64,000 nucleotides of DNA. Origin: Chlorokybus atmophyticus. Its lineage: Eukaryota > Plantae > Mesostigma and Chlorokybus algae. A program made the position numbers and the translations under genes. Location of the stretch: the NCBI GenBank assembly GCA_009103225.1, contig RHPI01003788.1, positions 211,582-275,581 on the forward strand, in the 5' to 3' direction. Numbering within the stretch: the stretch's first letter is position 1; each line of letters opens with the position of its first letter. A model generated the notes under the pieces. It was not told the origin of the DNA. It did not search any database and saw only the letters and a program-made list of their open reading frames with translations. Below, piece by piece: positions 59,979-64,000 of this stretch.

Positions 59979-61770
59979 CCACCCCCTGCAGCTGAGCGCC
60001 AACGCCCTCGTGCGCCTTCAGCTGACTCACACGCTCATCGCGTAGTCCTCGTACACGCCGGACAGTACCATGCTCCATCAGGGATCTCCTCAAGTGGTGG
60101 ACGAAGGCACTCCATGTGCCAACCGGCAACACACCTGTCGCCTAGTAGCATGGTGTTCCAGCCTCTGCTCGGCCACTACGGTCACAACGGTGGCCCACAT
60201 CTGGTATTGCCACACCGGGTCCTTACTGTCATCCACGTTTGGCAGATGGCAAGGAGCGCAGCTCTTCATGTGCTCCATGGTGGTCCCGGCATCAGCTCCC
60301 TCCAACAACAACACACCGTTGTTTAGGAGCTTCTTCACACGAAGGATGGTGCGACTTGCACTTGTATCCAGCGTGTCTTTGGTCTTTCTCTGCAAGTAGA
60401 TAAAGTCACCTGGCTGAAACTTCTGCAGTCTTGGCTTATGGAAGCCACTCCTCACTCTGGCATAGCGCAGTGTGTCGCGGTGTTGCGCCACTTTCAAGTT
60501 GCCAAGTGCGATTGGCATCACACGCCGGAATAGCTCCGCACGCTTTGCCATCTCCTTCTCCCACACATTGGGATCCTCCAAGTCAAGCTCCTGCTCAACA
60601 TGTCTCCGGATTGATGTTGGCAATATGGGCTCCCTCCCATACAACAAAAAGTAGGGGCTGTATGAGCTCAACGCAGCCTGCCGCGTTATACAATAGCCCA
60701 TTGCCAGCCATGGCAACGCCAAGTCCTAGTTTCTCGTGTTGTGGTTGAGACAGTACTTGCAAAGCCCCTTCTTCACCACCTGTACCATTCTCTCAGCAAG
60801 CCCATCGGCCTGAGGATGGTCACGGGAAGTCCTTCAATGGTCAATGAAGGCTTGCGCCAACAAGTCATTGAACTGGCCACGAAACTCGGTGCCTTGGTCA
60901 GTGAGCACCTCAGCACAAGCACTAAATTTGCTAAGGATCTAATCAAGGAAAGCCTTTGCCACAAGCTTACTCTCCTTCGATGGCAGCGCCAGGACCTCAA
61001 CCCACTTTGAAAAATGCTCTATCAACACGAGCACGTAATGGTTGCCTCTCTTGCTAACCGGTAGGTCTCCGGCAAGATCTAGGCTCCACCGATAGAATAG
61101 TCCTTGGATAGGCAGAGGGTGCAGCTGTGGGTGCTTGGCATTGAAGCTTGCCTTCACTCTGTCGCACTCCACACAGCTCGCAACAACCCCCGCCACGATA
61201 GACTGCATGCCAGCCCACCAATATGCTGATTGCACAAGCTCAAGTGTCCTCTTGACACCAAAGTGGCCCATCCTCTCATATGGTTGAGTCACAATCCTCA
61301 CACCACCATCCGGCATCAAGCGCACAAGGTGGTCTCCCTCCCACCGATAGCGTTGCGCGTTTTACCACAAGCGGTCTCGCGTCGCCGTGCTGCAACCAGC
61401 TTGGAACAGCCAGGTCTTGAGGTGAGCAAGCACTTGCTCATCCCTCCAAATGTCCTTTGAAGCCTCGGCTTCCTCCCCTTCAATGTCATCGACCAATGGG
61501 GCTGGTGCAGCTTCCAAAGGTGGCATCGCACCATCGTTGTTGCTCTTTTTAGCGTTTGCACGCGTGGATGCGCATGCCTCCGCCGAACCCGCCAACACCA
61601 TCAAAGAGGCGACACGGTAGGCCAAAAACCCAGCCACGGGCATGTCATAGTCATGCCTCGCTACACTCTCGTCCAACGATGAAGGATTTGGGTTCCTACT
61701 CACCCCATCCGCGTCCATGTTGTCAACACCAGCTCGGTGTTCGATCTCAAACTCATACTTCTGCAATATG
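59979..61770 (-). mobile_element. 5'-truncated, degenerate Ty3/Gypsy pol: RNase H end, integrase and C-terminal PHD finger
   Basis: QKYEFEIEHRAGVDNMDADGVSR, GHFGVKRT...YWW...CVECDR (Zn-binding), WSLDLAG...LTDQGTEF...HPQADGLAERMV (DDE), SPYFLLYGREP and MLLGDRCVAGWHMECLRPPLEEIPDGAWYCPAC. Several stops. Confidence 0.9.
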
Positions 61771-61920
61771 TTTCCCCTGCCAGCCGACTACATATTGGCA
61801 ACGGCCGTTCACTTGAGAATACGAATTTAGACTGTCGTGGCTCAGTCCACCTGTAATCTCGATACAGGGACCTAATAGTAACTTCCGTTACTATCAGGGC
61901 CTTTTCATTACATTTATTTT

Positions 61921-62190
61921 TAACAGTTGACCATGCCTAATTAACACGCCTGTTAGTTAACTATCAGGCCTTAGCAGGTGACCATGCCTAATTAATAGCC
62001 ACTTGTTTGTTACTTATCAGGCCTTAACACGTGACTACACATAATTAACAGGCGCCTGTTAGTTTCTTATCAGGCCTTATCAGGTGACTACAACTAATTA
62101 ACGGGCACCTGTAAATTACACATCCGTCTTACTTAAGTGACTTAGCCTATGTGACAGGCACCTGCAGGTTACACACCAGTCCAGCGCAGA
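61921..62190 (+). repeat. Tandem array of about 53-bp units (4-5 diverged copies)
   Basis: Unit approximately AxCAGGTGACxAxxCCTAATTAAxxxGCxCCTGTTAGTTxCTTATCAGGCCTT, repeated head to tail. Confidence 0.8.
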
Positions 62191-62580
62191 CGATTAAGCC
62201 TAATTCACAAGCACCAACTAGGTAAATATCAATAAAATAAGGCATTCTTTAAGCAACTGAAGGTGACCAATGCCTAACTGTCGCTATATGTATTTGCATA
62301 GTATGACTACAAGCGACTGTCACTGATTGCCAGCATCGCGATGTGCCTGTGTTGTGTACAAGTACCAGAAATGTGTACAGGGTCTTTCAGTTACTTGCCA
62401 AGGCTTGTAGTTCGATTATGTGACTTGAATGCCTGCAGTTCTGTTGTATATCATAGGGATGCAAGTATTGACATGCATGAGCATAATGACGATTGATTGA
62501 GCTGGTTTAAGATGCACAACACTCAGTCACAAGAGCCTTGCAGCTATGTACACTTCCAGCTAAACGGACTACCAAGTGCG

Positions 62581-63930
62581 CTACAGCTCCTCTCCATCAT
62601 CGCTTTGCTCGTCATCATGAAACAAAGCACCACGCGCTGGGGCCTGTGGAGGAAACGCCGGAGCTTGCTCTTCCTCCTCAAACGGTTGTGCCAGCCAATC
62701 AAATGCCGCTTCTGCCTCAGCGAGCGGGTCACGAGCTGCTGTCTCTTGCGGCCCGCGCTGATTGGGATCTTTCAGGTATTCGACACAAGATGCAGTGCGG
62801 CGTTTCACAAGGGTGAATGGCTGGAGGGCTGCGTACCGTTGCCTCATCTCCCGCTTCATTGACATGATCATGGTGTTGATTTTGCAGGGGTACTTGTCAT
62901 GTGTGTCAATGCTAGCAGCTACGAGAGGGTCTCCATCCTTGCCCTTTAGGATGCACTCCTGCGTAGTTGATAGGCATGTCTTGATGGCATCGAAAGCCAC
63001 TATTCGCTGCAGCGCGTCTGCAAGCCTGTAGTGTGGGGCTATTGCATTCCTAAATTGCTAATGATTAAATTCAGAGTGCCCACCGTAAGCAATAGGTATG
63101 CGAGGTGGTTAACTGTCAGCTGCCGGCGACCAGGTGTAGTGACGGCGTAAGACCAGCATTGCACGATCATTTGCTAGATTATGGGATTGCCCCATTCATG
63201 GATATCTCCTCCGCTCCAGGTCTGCATTGTCGGTCACCTCAAATCTCCGCCAAGACTTGTCTGCGACAGTTATACCAACAAGGCATTAATCACGATATAG
63301 ATAGTTCAAGTTGAGCCTGCACCAGGCTAGAATGGTGCATGTGACTTACTTTAGAGCGCGTTGCGCATCTGGGCTTTTTGGGTCTCGGGGTCCATTAGGG
63401 CGTCGATGTGCCTGATTAAATCGGTTTTTATAGGCGAGATGCGTACGTGTGTATGGAGGCTGAGTAAGAAGGCAGTGTTGCATAGCAGACATGGTGGTGA
63501 GGGACCCAACTCACTTGCGCTTGTTGCTTTCAAACAGTGTCCACTTGTTCTCCTTCTTAAGGACATGCTTGATCTTGGTGACGTTCTCAGACCGGACCTG
63601 CGTAGTTTTCTTCAAGGCGACACTCCAGTGGAAAAGATGCGTGTCACCTTGCAATAGGTAGGCAAAATGACCACAACTTGACTTGCAATCAGCCGTTCAC
63701 TTGTGTAGAGCAATCCAAACTCAATCCTCACTTAAGTACATGCTAAGGCAGCCCATACGGTCATCAAAGTCGCAACAGTGACGCACGCCCCTTCATGCAC
63801 AGCAACGCACAGCAACGAACACGTGCACACACACCACACAAGCAAGCATGTGCACAAGCTCATCTGCTCAGCCAAGAACCTCTTTCCAAAGGTGTTGCTT
63901 GCACTCCAGTAGGTCAACTTGCATCCAACC
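62581..63930 (-). mobile_element. Possible decayed DNA-transposon (hAT-like) transposase remnant
   Basis: Broken frames LTYWSASNTFGKRFLAEQ, WIALHK...FAYLLQGDT and VEYLKDPNQRG occur in the order of the hAT TRW, LxGD and LDP motifs. The similarity is weak. Confidence 0.3.
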
Positions 63931-64000
63931 AAACTAGGAAACAAACTAGCAAAGCCTTATATACCACCATTAAGCCCAAGCCCAACCAACTTTCCAACTA

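Noticed and set aside
61921-62190. CRISPR-like array
   Set aside because: Units are contiguous diverged repeats with no unique spacers, there are no cas genes, and the context is eukaryotic.

Overview
Eukaryotic, intron-rich genomic DNA, most likely from a green alga and plausibly an early-diverging streptophyte. This is inferred from plant-type 72-nt LRR exons, an ALKBH9-type N-terminus, an SKL1-like protein, an algal-type P3A H+-ATPase and a CEP164-like WW motif; the species cannot be determined. Introns are dominated by (CA/GT/GCAC)n tracts, so most listed ORFs are artefacts. 1-13.5 kb is a cluster of disrupted secreted-protein genes. It has two inverted Sib-like/Ig-Pro-EGF-PAN copies, an LRR-Pro-EGF-PAN gene sharing their promoter/leader and C-terminal module, a Pro-PAN remnant, and a duplicated 3' fragment of PMS1. 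14-32.5 kb holds PMS1/PMS2, ALKBH9, an SKL1-like pseudokinase, KGD4/MRPS36 and a secreted beta-helix protein; four of these five genes use GC-AG introns, at least nine in total. 32.5-41 kb is a gene-poor, AT-richer interval with hairpins, a long (GT)n tract and a MITE-like element. 41-58 kb holds a P3A H+-ATPase with an exact 1.69-kb upstream copy of its 3' end, a WW-domain protein and an alpha/beta hydrolase. 58.7-64 kb holds nested transposon remains: an RLE non-LTR fragment, a Ty3 LTR with integrase-PHD, 53-bp repeats and a possible hAT remnant. All calls come from manual translation and remembered family motifs; no database searches were run. No rRNA, tRNA or CRISPR was found.
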